From contig CM120643.1 in the NCBI GenBank assembly GCA_051362555.1, positions 12,560,644-12,624,643 of the forward strand: a DNA stretch of 64,000 nt, in the 5' to 3' direction. Shown one piece after another: positions 27,211 through 39,042 of the stretch. The notes under the pieces are model-generated. The model saw nothing but the letters and a program-made list of their open reading frames with translations, was not told the origin of the DNA and ran no database searches. Source of the DNA: Lingula anatina (lineage: Eukaryota; Animalia; Brachiopoda). Both the position numbers and the translations under genes were made by a program. Each line of letters begins with the position of its first letter. Position 1 is the first letter of the stretch.

Positions 27211-27630
27211 CCACAGGACCAAGGCTTGTCACAAGAATGTTTGCCACAGGACCAAGGCTTGTCACAAGACTGATGTTTGCCACAGGACCAAGGCTTGTCA
27301 CGAGACTGATGTTTGCCACAGGACCAAGTCTTGTCACTAGACTGATGTTTGCCACAGGACCAAGGCTTGTCAATGGACTGATTTCTGCCACAGGACCGAG
27401 GCTTGTCAATGGACTGATGCTTGCCACTGGCTGAGCTTTTGCCATGGAACCAAGTCTTGCCAGAGAGGCTTGTCTTGCCATCGGACTCAAGTCTCACCAT
27501 TGGACCAAGGTTCAAGAAAGGATCAAGTCTTGTCACTGAACAAAGTTTCGCCACAGGACCAAGTCACACCACTGGACAACATTTAACCACATGACCAAGG
27601 TTTGTCAAAAAATCAAATCCTGTCAAAGAA
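27211..27630. repeat. Minisatellite: 36-bp unit (CCACAGGACCAAGGCTTG + TCACAAGACTGATGTTTG) of two related 18-bp subunits, decaying into 18-bp monomers
   Basis: About 6 good copies at 27211-27425, then degenerate ~18-bp periodicity; 12-aa periodicity in three track ORFs. Confidence 0.9.
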
Positions 27631-27799
27631 GTTACTTTGGCAGTACGACTCAATGTTCACTGTAAAACTGTCGAACACTTAACTGTCTTCACAATACCCC
27701 AAGAATCTTGAATTTCGACTCTCATTCTATGGACGTATTCCCTGTGGTCCTTGCCACAGTGCCTGGCTATAGGGCCCTGATGCTGCATAGTTAACTTGA

Positions 27800-27828
27800 T
27801 CACTTTGTTGTTTTCCCATTATGAACAT
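27800..27828 (-). CDS. Candidate distal terminal coding segment of ZFP64 (DVHNGKTTK-stop if joined in phase 1), followed by a long 3' UTR
   Basis: Strong acceptor TTTGCATTTCCTTTCTTTTCAG ending at 27829; phase-1 reading gives 9 codons then TGA; AATAAA candidate at 26480-26485; lies near the end of the CpG-depleted domain. The link to ZFP64 is inference. Confidence 0.3.
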
Positions 27829-30800
27829 CTGAAAAGAAAGGAAATGCAAATTACAACCTAAACTTAAAAGATGATTTAAATTTTTTTTAAATAATTTACT
27901 TTTTTAATCTAAAATGGCAAAGAACTTGAAGCAACCTACCAGCATCAAAAGTCATCTCCACAATCACATTTAGACTATTTAAGACATAGTAGACGTAGCA
28001 ACTTCCATTTCAAGTAACTCTCATAAAAAAAAGGAATTTGTATGAAGATTTTATGATAAAACAAGAAAAAGAAAGAAAGCAGTCTTAAAATTAAAATAAA
28101 TTAGTCTTAAGATAAAGGATGTGAAAACGGAAAAATAGTAATCTTTCCACAAATTTCCCCTTAACTTAAAAGAGTTCATCATTGATAGAATGTAAGCCCC
28201 AGATACCAACGGGTTCTTCTCTCAAAGGTAACTACAAAATCAGTGAAGCAATCATAAAGTAATTATCTAATCACAGCACTGCCTTCGTGGAGCCAGGGAC
28301 GCAAGGGTGCACATGCTGGCTGACCAGAATCGAAAAGATGACACGTGCTCAGGTGTGAACTGGAGGGTCAGAGCAGTGCCCGCATTACAGAGGTGGAGAA
28401 AAGTGGTCCCAGAATTCATGCTGCAAGTTTGGCTCTGCCACATTATGAGAATTGATTTCTTACTTCCTACTTTAATGTTAGCCACCGCCAGAACCGGGAG
28501 TCAATACTAGGAGGCTTAAAGTACCCATACAACACCTCTCCTATGAACTTTTTTCCCTATTTCCCTCCACATCTGAAATTTTTCTTCACAACAGGGTTAA
28601 TGCATTAAAATATGTTTTGTTTTTCTTCCCAATTAATTTGTTTTCTAATCAAAACCAGATTTTATGTTTTTAATCAAATGGTTATAAAACCAACTGGGTA
28701 CTCCAATCAATAGTTGACAAGCACTTAAAATATCAAAATATTTCAGACAATTTCATTTACTTCTTTTGCTGCTCCGTCTTATAAAAAAAAACTTCTCATC
28801 TCATTTCCAGAAATATCCAGCAGCAAAGAGTCATTACCAAATATCCTTTCGTCGACATATGTGCAACCTTTTCACACCTAACTGAACTATTTCTTAATTT
28901 TCATTAAGAAATATCGAAGTCTAACTCAATGAACATTTTCTGTCAGCATCTGATTTATGTTTCGCTCCCATATCTATCATCATTTAACCTCAAGTCCTTA
29001 AATACCATCGTTTGATCTTGCCCGACTCACACATGTACATCCCTTTATTTAATTCCCTACAATTTCATTACAAAATATCACTGCATATTCTAATTTGATC
29101 AACTTTTTCATGATTCATGCTCATACGCTGGGTTCACTTAACCACCTCAATTGATCTTCAAGTCTGTCTACACGCGGCTGCTGATCTTCAAGGCCCCGGG
29201 CTGTGGAATAAAACTCATCAGGTTTCCAGTAATGGCTTAGTACATGTCAAGAAAATTGTGAAATGAAAAATAATATTCAATTGGGGGTAGGTTACACAGG
29301 TGTCTCATTGCATGGCCTGCAGCATTACTATACGAGGTTAAGCACCTAAAGATGGAGAGAGTCCTCTACACTGTTTCACAATGAGAGAACATGTTGTGAG
29401 GTTGATCATCAAGATCGGAGTCCTACAGTATAGTGTTACTGATAAATGGAAAGGCTTACACCTATAAGAGTTATTATTCTGGATAAATGTATTTGGTGCT
29501 CGCAATATTACACAGTAAAATATCACTGTTATCAATCTTAACAGCCTTCTGCCAAATGATCAATTCTTTAAAATATTTGACGTTCTTTCTAGATCATCAA
29601 TAAGGCCACCATCAAAACTATACTAAAACCACTGTAATTCTTTTTGTAGGTTATTTTGCCACATAGTTTTCATACATATTATCTGAATATTCTTTCCAAA
29701 ACAAGGCATTAATGGCAAGATCGCATGCACAGGCCATCAAATTATTCATTTCTTGCACTTTTACGGGAATTTTTCCCGAAGCATGATTTTTTCCGAGTAC
29801 GAGCTAAAGATAAGAACCAAAGGTGTAAATTCCCAAATATTGTTTACATTTAGCTATCATGCAACTTGTGATACAGGATGACGCAGACTGTACTTTTCAC
29901 ACCTGCGGAGGGCCAATCTCTGGACACCTTAGACACACCTTATTAATGTGGTTCTATAAAAGGAGACTTAAAAGCTTTTTTCCATTAATACACTTCAAAA
30001 TATTTTTAACAGGGAGAATATATCTCTTTTCACAGCAAGTTCCACATAGCACAATAGATACCATTGTGCAGAAAGCACTGGTCTATTTATATATGTTGTG
30101 TTCGGAGACATTTTAAGGTCTCGAGTACAGTGATTATTTACAAAATCATATTTCCCCACAATGTCTAATTATTCCCATTAACAATTATATAAATCTAGTT
30201 ATTTCTGATTTTCAAAAGTAAGGTGAATTTGAGGTACTTTACTATTCGCTGTATTGTAAAAACAAACATGAAACTAAAGAAGTAACAGACTGAGAGATTT
30301 TATAACAGTGTTCATTTTGTTTTCTCAATAAATTTGTCAAGAAAAAAAAAATAGTGCAACAAATTCCCCTTTTCTATGTTGACATCATTATTTCATTTTT
30401 TTCCCTTTATCTTTTCAACTAAGAAGGCAGCAACTCCTGTAATTTAGGCACTTAATGTTTTGTCCTCAAACAAATGGAATTAAAATGAGCCATTAGTCCA
30501 AACAAGCTAATGTTAAAATGTTGATATTTCTAAGAAGCAACAAATGAGAAGTATGGGCCATGCCATTAACTTTTAGAGTAGACCATGAAGCTGTGACAAA
30601 ATTTCAATGCAAAACAAAATTAAGGTCACTAATCGACAGAAAGCATTTCTATGAATACCGTATGAGAACCCAACTGGGCCGTACTTAGTCTAACGAGTTA
30701 TTACGCCAATGGTAATTGAGAGAAAGATGCACATAAAAATCCAGCTGACCTAACACCTCTGATTTTTAAGTTCAAATTACTTGTAGGAAATGCTAGTTTC

Positions 30801-32681
30801 ACACTTTGCCTGAATAATTTCATGAATCTGAAATTGCGTTTTCGGTATTCTGTCGATATCTCCAAGTGTCCCCTCTCCTTTACTGGGGGTTCACAATGGC
30901 TTATTCATTCAAAACTCAGCAACAATTCAACCACATAGTTCATTATAAAGCAATTACCACTTGACAAAAATATGTGATGTATGCCATAAAGGCATTAATA
31001 TTCATATGCCATTAACTTTGATCTCTGGTGAGGAATTAAGGGAAATAAATGGGGGCTGGAGCATACCCTGTTTGCGCACCTTGGACAGCAGGTGTTTGGC
31101 GCACAGCCGCCTAGCAGACGTTAATGTCTTGTTTGACACTGAAAATATTGTGACAACAAATGTTTGATTTTAAAAGGGAGCAAACCCCTGGGATAGAGTG
31201 CTAGGTACCATCTGAGAAGAATAGTCTCCTAAAGAAGAAAGATATGCTTCATTCAGCAAATAACAGAACTGGAAATAAAATATACACCAATTGTACATTA
31301 TGAAATGCAATTTATTTTTTAGATGGCTTGGCTTTTCTGGGAAAAATAATTTATTTTCACATATTACAAGTATTTTGTTTAAAAGATGATGAAAAAGTTC
31401 CTGTAAGATCACTGGATCTTCGGTATGTCCTGAAGGATTCCAGGTTGTAGGAAAAAGGTAGGATGAAATGGCTCAGTGGCCTTACAGCAGAGGCTGGGGC
31501 CTCGCTTAAGACAGAAAACTGCCTAGAAAAAAGTTTTTCCATGTAAAGCAAAAAAAAAAAAAGTTAGAGAATTTTAAAGTTGCTGTCAGAGAAATCGGGT
31601 GTTAACATTCCCATCACCATTTTATTTTTTGTCTCAAATCAAAATTCTGTGCCCGTGACTACTACATAACATAATTTGCAATTAATAGTCTGTGTTGCAG
31701 TTTATTGTCTGCGTTACAGTTTAAAGTCCTGAGTTACAGTGGATTCCAATGTGTTTGCAGTGAGTAAGTTGCCTAATTGTCTCTGTAGCATGACGGCTAA
31801 TGACATGGTGCATCAGTGCAGACCCATCTATGCACAGAAATGTTCCCAAAAAATCTTACCTAATTACTAAAAATACAACATTGGAATTCAAGGGACAATA
31901 CATTATCTAATACAGATGTTTGAAGATAAATCTACTAAAAGTGCTACTAAAAGTATGCGTATGCAAATCAAATGTAATTCATTAATCACGTTAACCTCCC
32001 CCCTCCCCCCATGCGTATTGTGCCGTCAGCCCCCCATTACCCATTTCAAAATATTTGTACCTCCAATAACTCCCAAAGCTACCTATCAAATATATGCTGA
32101 ACAGTTTGTCTGACTCTCCCATGGCACAAGGTAGTAACTCAATTCCACTTTAAAAACCCCAAGCAGATCTTTACAATGAATGCATTCCATGACATCTCCG
32201 GACAAATTACCCCATTTGGACGAACCCTGATAAAGCGTACCTTTCAACACTAAAAGCCAGTTTTAAAATGAAGATGATTGAGAAATAATGGCCAATGCAC
32301 CATGACTATAGATTTTTATCACATTCACTTAAAGCTATTTCTGTCCATTACTGGATCATCTTCCATCATCCTATTCCAAGATGGAACCAAGGTGTTGATT
32401 GGGTACTGATAGCATGGAAATGGGTCACACTTAGTGATTGGACAACTTCTGTATTATGTCTTTGGGCAAAATTTTGGGTTTCAGCAAATATGGAAAAAAT
32501 ATATATATGTATATAACTAAATAAGTTTTATCTTAAAAGAAGACTGTCTACACCATCTGGAACAACAAATTTTAGTCTTTACCATCTTAGCTAAAACCTT
32601 GTCATTTCTAAATTTAAAAAAATTCAAAGCAAATCAATAAATTCACCAAACAATTCTCTTGGTAGCTTAGATGTCTCCCTT

Positions 32682-32682
<1 letters not shown>

Positions 32683-32718
<36 letters not shown>
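32683..32718. repeat. (CA)n microsatellite
   Basis: Directly visible. Confidence 0.95.
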
Positions 32719-32722
<4 letters not shown>

Positions 32723-33804
32723 AAAAATTATGCTTGAATTGCCAAATCCTATTAACAATGTCAGGATTAATTTGCCCAGGTAAATCAATAACATAAACAA
32801 TCCTGGCACAGGTCATACCTAGATCTTTACTAAAAAAATAATAAAAAAATGAGGAGAAAAAAAAGAGTATTAAGTTCCGGAACCACTTAAAAAGACACTA
32901 ATTCGTTTACAACCATAATGCCCATAATAAAATTATAAATTATCATTTATCAAAGGCACCCCACATGAAAAGGAAAATTTAATTACATCCTTACATATTT
33001 ACCTTTTAAATTGTTCCTTTGAAGAGTGGGAGAAGGTGTGTCAGCACATGCCTTTAAATAAGCACTAGCTCAAATGAAAGATAAACCTGTCATAAAAGAA
33101 TTTCATAAACACTGTGACAGATTTCACAGCCAACTTACTATGTCCCACTGCAAAATGAAATAGGGAAACATAAACAGCAATATAATATGCCATAGTTGAG
33201 CCTGGGTTTAAGCTTTATAAGTATTGACTGAGGTTATGCTTTCAAAGCTGAACCAAAACTAGAACTTAAAAAATCATTTTACTTCAAAAGATAAACAGAC
33301 AAATAATAAATAAATAAAATATATGATTTGGATTGTTTGAATAAAGGAGTAAGAAAAGGCTCAGTGACCTTACAACAATCTATCTGGAGGGCGCTTGAGG
33401 TAGAAAACCACCAAGAAAAAAAAATCGGATTTCCGAATTAAATTGGGGAGAAAAAAATCACGTCTAATTTAAAGACAATAAAGAACGAAAGGTTACATAT
33501 TGCTGAGCTTCTATGATTACATGACTTTTGTATTTCAGTTGATTACTACCCTAAAGTCACGCAAGTCACTGACACTTGGTCCGATTGTATCATGTCAGAT
33601 GGGCATTAGGAACCCAAAGACGAGTTCACTTGACCCTTTCTGGCTTATCTGGAGACCTGATCTAGAAATAACTGTTATAGATGTGATATTTCACTTATTA
33701 TTTTATACTGCACATCATTGGAAAGTTTGCTTTTCATTTTCAAATCAACAAAACAAATACTGAAGGGAAGGTCACCAAGTCTTTAGCAAAATGATGATGG
33801 AAAA

Positions 33805-33852
<48 letters not shown>
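33805..33852. repeat. (AAT)n microsatellite
   Basis: Directly visible. Confidence 0.95.
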
Positions 33853-33854
<2 letters not shown>

Positions 33855-36800
33855 ACATTGAACTCGTAGAAACTTATCAAAATATAAACAATTTTTTCTT
33901 CTCTTAAACTGTTTCCTTAATACTCTATAGAAAAAGAGACAAAAATTTCATCACAACTCCCTGAACATATTTCAAAGACCACGCAGAATCTGTATTCCCT
34001 CTTTGCTGCAAAAGGTTATTATAATTCCAAGAACAACAAAAGGAAACCAGCCCTTTGCGCTAAAATCAACCGATAACTTGGACTCTCTCCAAATGTGCTA
34101 AAGACATAAAATCCCAAAGACTAATCCATCTGACCAATAATAAAATAACAAGACGCTTGATGCATTTCATTTGTCTTAATCTGCCAACTTGTTCTTATTC
34201 TTTATTCTCCAACATACAATCAGGGGAAAAAAGGGTTTCTAACAACAGTAGACCGACTTTCACATACATAAGTGAACAACTTTGATGAAACTCCCTTTTC
34301 CTGTATTTCATTTACTTCTACATTCTGGGCATCTTTTTCATTAGGAACTTCAAAACAAATAATACCAACAAAAATATTTCAATACCACAAGCCAAATAAT
34401 TCCAGAAGACAAAAATTCAAACTTGTTTAGCCATAACCAAAAAGTTATGCCCTTTAATTTCATTAATTTTATTCAATTTCTTTGAAAAAATTTTAACCAC
34501 CAAAGCCAGCACATATACATCCCGAACCTTTCCTAGAAAGGCAGCGGTCAGTACGGTTGCCATGGTTACCTCCGGTACCAAAGCCCCAGAAGCTAAGCTG
34601 CAATTATTAAAGAACATGTATTTCACAATCAAATTTGTTTGCTGTGACCTTTCAGATGGGAACCATTTAGACGGCATAAAACTAACAAGTTATACACTGG
34701 GCTCGCTACAGTGGTGTACATCCTAAATAAGAAGCAATTTCAAGAAGGAGTCTAAAAGATAATGGTGACAATTTAACCTCCTGTCGAGAAGTCTTTTAGA
34801 GCTGACTTGAACTCCTTGAGAAACTAAAAACCTCAAAATAGTCTTGTGCAAACAATCTCCCACTCCTAAATTTTCACTCCAGAGAGCAACTTAAGTTGGA
34901 CACGGCTGAATAGCAAATTGTCCTCGATTTTTTTTTCTTTTTTTAAGTTTTCTATTTTATTTCAAAACAGGTTGGGAAACTTGAGAGTTGTACAAAAACT
35001 TCTGTTTTATATAACATAATCTGATCAATTAAAAGAAAATTTCTTTGAAAAAAAAGTGCATGTTTACATAAATTAGTCATAAACAAATTGAAATGGACTC
35101 TTTTTATGGTTCAGTTGTATCTCTTGAAATTATCATTATAAAGCACTGTAGCACTTTATAAAAAAATCTAAATGAGGACTATGTATAATGTCCTATTAAC
35201 ATGCTAATTCACCCCATGCCATTGTACCATTAATGTTTAATTTCCAGATAAACTGCTCACTTGTGTGAATTAATTGTTGCAAAACATAATTTTTCTGTGA
35301 ACAACACCCCAAATTCACCTGCTGGTTTAACATTTCAGTTCCCTTCATCTGGGTTTACAATAGGAAAAAAAATGTATTTCTCAAATTTCAATTAATTCTT
35401 AAACAGCTGCCAATTATTTATTAATCAAACCCCCACTTTATAATAGACTTTTGTTCAGAGATAACATTCATGGGTAATTTGTTAACTGAGCATTTCCTTA
35501 TAAACTTGTTCTAAATCTGTATTTTTGATTCTAGCAATTCAATACAAACAATTATCATTTATGTCAAAATGAGCACAAGGCATGAGAAACATGTAATAAG
35601 TGACACCCTTTACAATACGTTAATAAACAGTTACAAGTACAAAAAGAAGTGCTGCAAAAACCTGCTGTAGGTAAGACTTAATCGTACTCAGTCTTAACTC
35701 TTGAGCATGAGCATCCTCAAAGTCCTACACTGTTGGTAACCGTGGTGACAAGTGGATGCATGTACACTAAATCATAACAAACAGGTAACAACCAAAATTG
35801 CACAGGTGTATGAAACATGAAAAGACAACAAAACTACTTAGCGTTAATCATAAACATATTCCTGTGCGTTTGATCAAAGGGTGCTGTTTGACAAGTTTCA
35901 TAACTTTCTCTTTGGCACAAGAACAACAAAGGCCCACACCGAGACATAAAGCCATAACTCAATGTAAAGAAACTTCAAAGGGCATCTGAACACCATGTTC
36001 TGGTTGTGAACCATAATCGAGTGGGGTGTCCGCAGCAATATTCCAGTACAGCTCCCAGTTTGATTCTAAGGGTGATTACCTCGAGCCTTACAAAACAGAC
36101 ATTTTGCTTGGTTCCATCTTAGACAAGTGATGTAATTTAGGCCAATTTAGATGCAGTCTTTCAGGGGCGAGCATGAACTTGACTGACTTAAAAAAAAAAA
36201 AAAAACAGAAAATTTAGTATGGAAAGGCATATTCCCTGCTCTCTCTCTCATCTCAAATATATGTATATGGAAGAACAGAAGGAGGTTCAGCATGCAAAGC
36301 TCAACTCAACATCTGTCTTCTTCAAGCAGGATTTCCACATAGAAAGATGACAAAATATTCATCAAGAGAAGACGGTCCGCACGGAGACTGGCATTTTATG
36401 ACACAAAAAGATGGGTCTTCTTGCCTCACAATGGCTCTTTGAGAAACTACAAAGGGATAGAAACAATACCTGAAGCCTCAATTAATTCCTAATATATATG
36501 TATATGTTTCAGACGACTGAGAAATGAAAAAAATCTTGAATGAGACAGAGAAAATGAGAAAAGGTGAAGATCACAAGTGAACTTTTTTTTTACCGGTTAA
36601 CCCCCTGATTTTCTCTCCTCGTGATTCGTTTTATAGTCTGTAATCGAAATACCAAATGAAAGTTCAATAAGTAAGAAATACCAGCTGATGTACTGTATTA
36701 GATCTTGCTACCTTAAACAAAGATATTCAATTACTGAATGCAACCAAAAAAAATAATAATAACAATAATCCCCTTCATACATTTCAAAATTATATCATAT

Positions 36801-37357
36801 TCTTTTTAGTTTTGTTATTGATTCTTTCATTTTAGTTTACTCATTTATTTACAATCATTTTATCTTTTCAAAAGATCTTCGAATCTTTGTCAAATAAGTG
36901 ATCTACTCCGTCCGCCTTTTCCTTCCAACATATCTCTATTGGACATAAAGCAGCAAGTGTTAAAACCTTTTTCTCAACACCCCCCCCGAACCTCTCCCCC
37001 CCCCCCCCCCTCCCCCGCAACATAACAAAATTCGACTCGGTCATTTTTCTATCTTTAAAAGACATTAAATTCTTTTTTTTTTAATTCAATAATTATATTT
37101 TCCAAACAACACGCTAGTCTGCACACTATTTTAAAGTTGAAAGTCTCTCTCTCTCTCCTCAGAGGTAGTCAGGGCAGGTTTTATCAGTCATGTCGTTGCT
37201 GTTGTGGACAGGTACAATTTGTCAGCGAGGCTCACCTTGCTGAATGGAACAGGCGAGAAGGTCAGATACCTATCTGTGTGAGGGGGCAACTTGTGGTGAG
37301 ACAGCCATGCTACCTCACTGACACCTGGTGAGAGTTAAGTATATTAAATGCTGTTCT

Positions 37358-37400
<43 letters not shown>

Positions 37401-38150
37401 ATAACACTTCTTTTTCTAAAAGCTTTGTACTTAAACATTCACATTATCACTGGCCTATGAAACAAAACATGACAACATGTTTGTAAACTTGGATCCTGCA
37501 ACATGAATCTATTCCACCTACAATGTATATAATTCAAGTGCGTATCCATTTCTACCAACATTCTCATTCACTGCTGCACACAGCAATATGTACACAAATC
37601 AATCACCAGCTCATACATTGTCTTAGCCATTCCAACTCAATCTGATTGCAAAAAAAAAATGTTATAAGTTATTAGATTCAATCAGGCTTTTCCTGTCTCT
37701 ACTTGAGCAGTCATGTTACACAATAACAAATCAGCACTTGAAACTGCTTGAACCCCAAGACATCAGGCCGTACAAATTAATTAATCTCTGCCATTAATCA
37801 CTTAATCAATTAAGCATTATGGTGGATAATTACACAACGGCTTTCCATAATCACACTCCAGAAGTCGTTAACAACACATTACACTGTGTTCAAGTCAGGG
37901 GGGTTAAACGCATGCCTACGGCTATCTACAATGAGGGGCCCATCTGTTCAAAACTGGAGATGGAAAGAAGAAGGGAGGAATGAAAAGAGAGAGAGAGAGT
38001 GAGTGGTGAGAGGGGAGAGAGGAGAGGGAGGAATGGTAGATAGGTAATGAAAGATAAGAAACTGAGAGAGGGTGAAGTAGAGACAGAGAGGGGAGGGAGA
38101 GACAGATGGGGAGGGGAGCAGAGTTGGAATAAAAACCTGATATTTGTCAG

Positions 38151-38183
<33 letters not shown>

Positions 38184-38380
38184 AATCAAATTCAAATGCC
38201 CCTTTAATGAGAGGAAAGAAAGCCCACTGAAAGAGAGTAATTGAATGAGATGACGTTTTCCTAAAATAAAAATAAAATGAAAAATTAGAGGTCAGGAATC
38301 AAACGAAAGGCATAGAGGGGTAGAAGAGACATCTGGCTGAAAGGAGTGGGGTGTCAGATCAGGTCACAGACCCATGTCCC

Positions 38381-38510
38381 GGGCATGAGACCAGCCCTCA
38401 CTGAAAAAATAGGATTTACACGATTCACAGGATTTATGCGATTCACAAGAATGACCCAAATGATCCTGAAAAAGTCGGAATTCCGACAAAAGTCGGAAGT
38501 CTCATCAGTG
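38381..38510. mobile_element. Possible small non-autonomous DNA element (MITE/Helentron-like)
   Basis: Short inverted ends ATGAGAC/GTCTCAT, internal 18-bp tandem duplicate (AGGATTTAYRCGATTCAC), perfect 14-bp palindrome GTCGGAATTCCGAC; locally CpG-retaining. Confidence 0.3.
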
Positions 38511-38969
38511 ATATCTCCACCCAAATCCTGTTCAACAATCAACATTTTCTACAGATCTCAACATAAACCAGCAAGTCAACAGAAGGTGCTTCACAAATTG
38601 AAACTATTAAAGTTCAAGTTGAGTCTTTTTGGCAAAGTGGAAATTTGTAAAACATTTAAAATTGAAAATGTGCACCGTGTTTGAACACAAATATACAAGT
38701 GTAAGCTGTGAAGGAAATGTGTACTTGAACCTGAAAATGCCAGGTAAATATTTCCATGTAACTTATCTGCCAAGTTGCAGTAAGAATACTATTTTTCTTC
38801 AGGAAATCATCACTTGAAAGGTGTGATTCCTGTTTGGAAAAAGATTTTTCTAATTGAAAAAAATAAAGGTTTGAAAATGGAATAATTAAAACCATAATTG
38901 CATATTATGACATATAACTGAGTAATAATAAATAAACATTATAAATGATTCATCTCCTTCTTTACATAA

Positions 38970-38973
<4 letters not shown>

Positions 38974-39038
<65 letters not shown>
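38974..39038. repeat. (GA)n microsatellite
   Basis: Directly visible. Confidence 0.95.

Positions 39039-39042
<4 letters not shown>

Noticed and set aside
27211-27430. 36-bp periodic array as a CRISPR array
   Set aside because: No unique spacers; contiguous tandem units; eukaryotic context with no cas genes.
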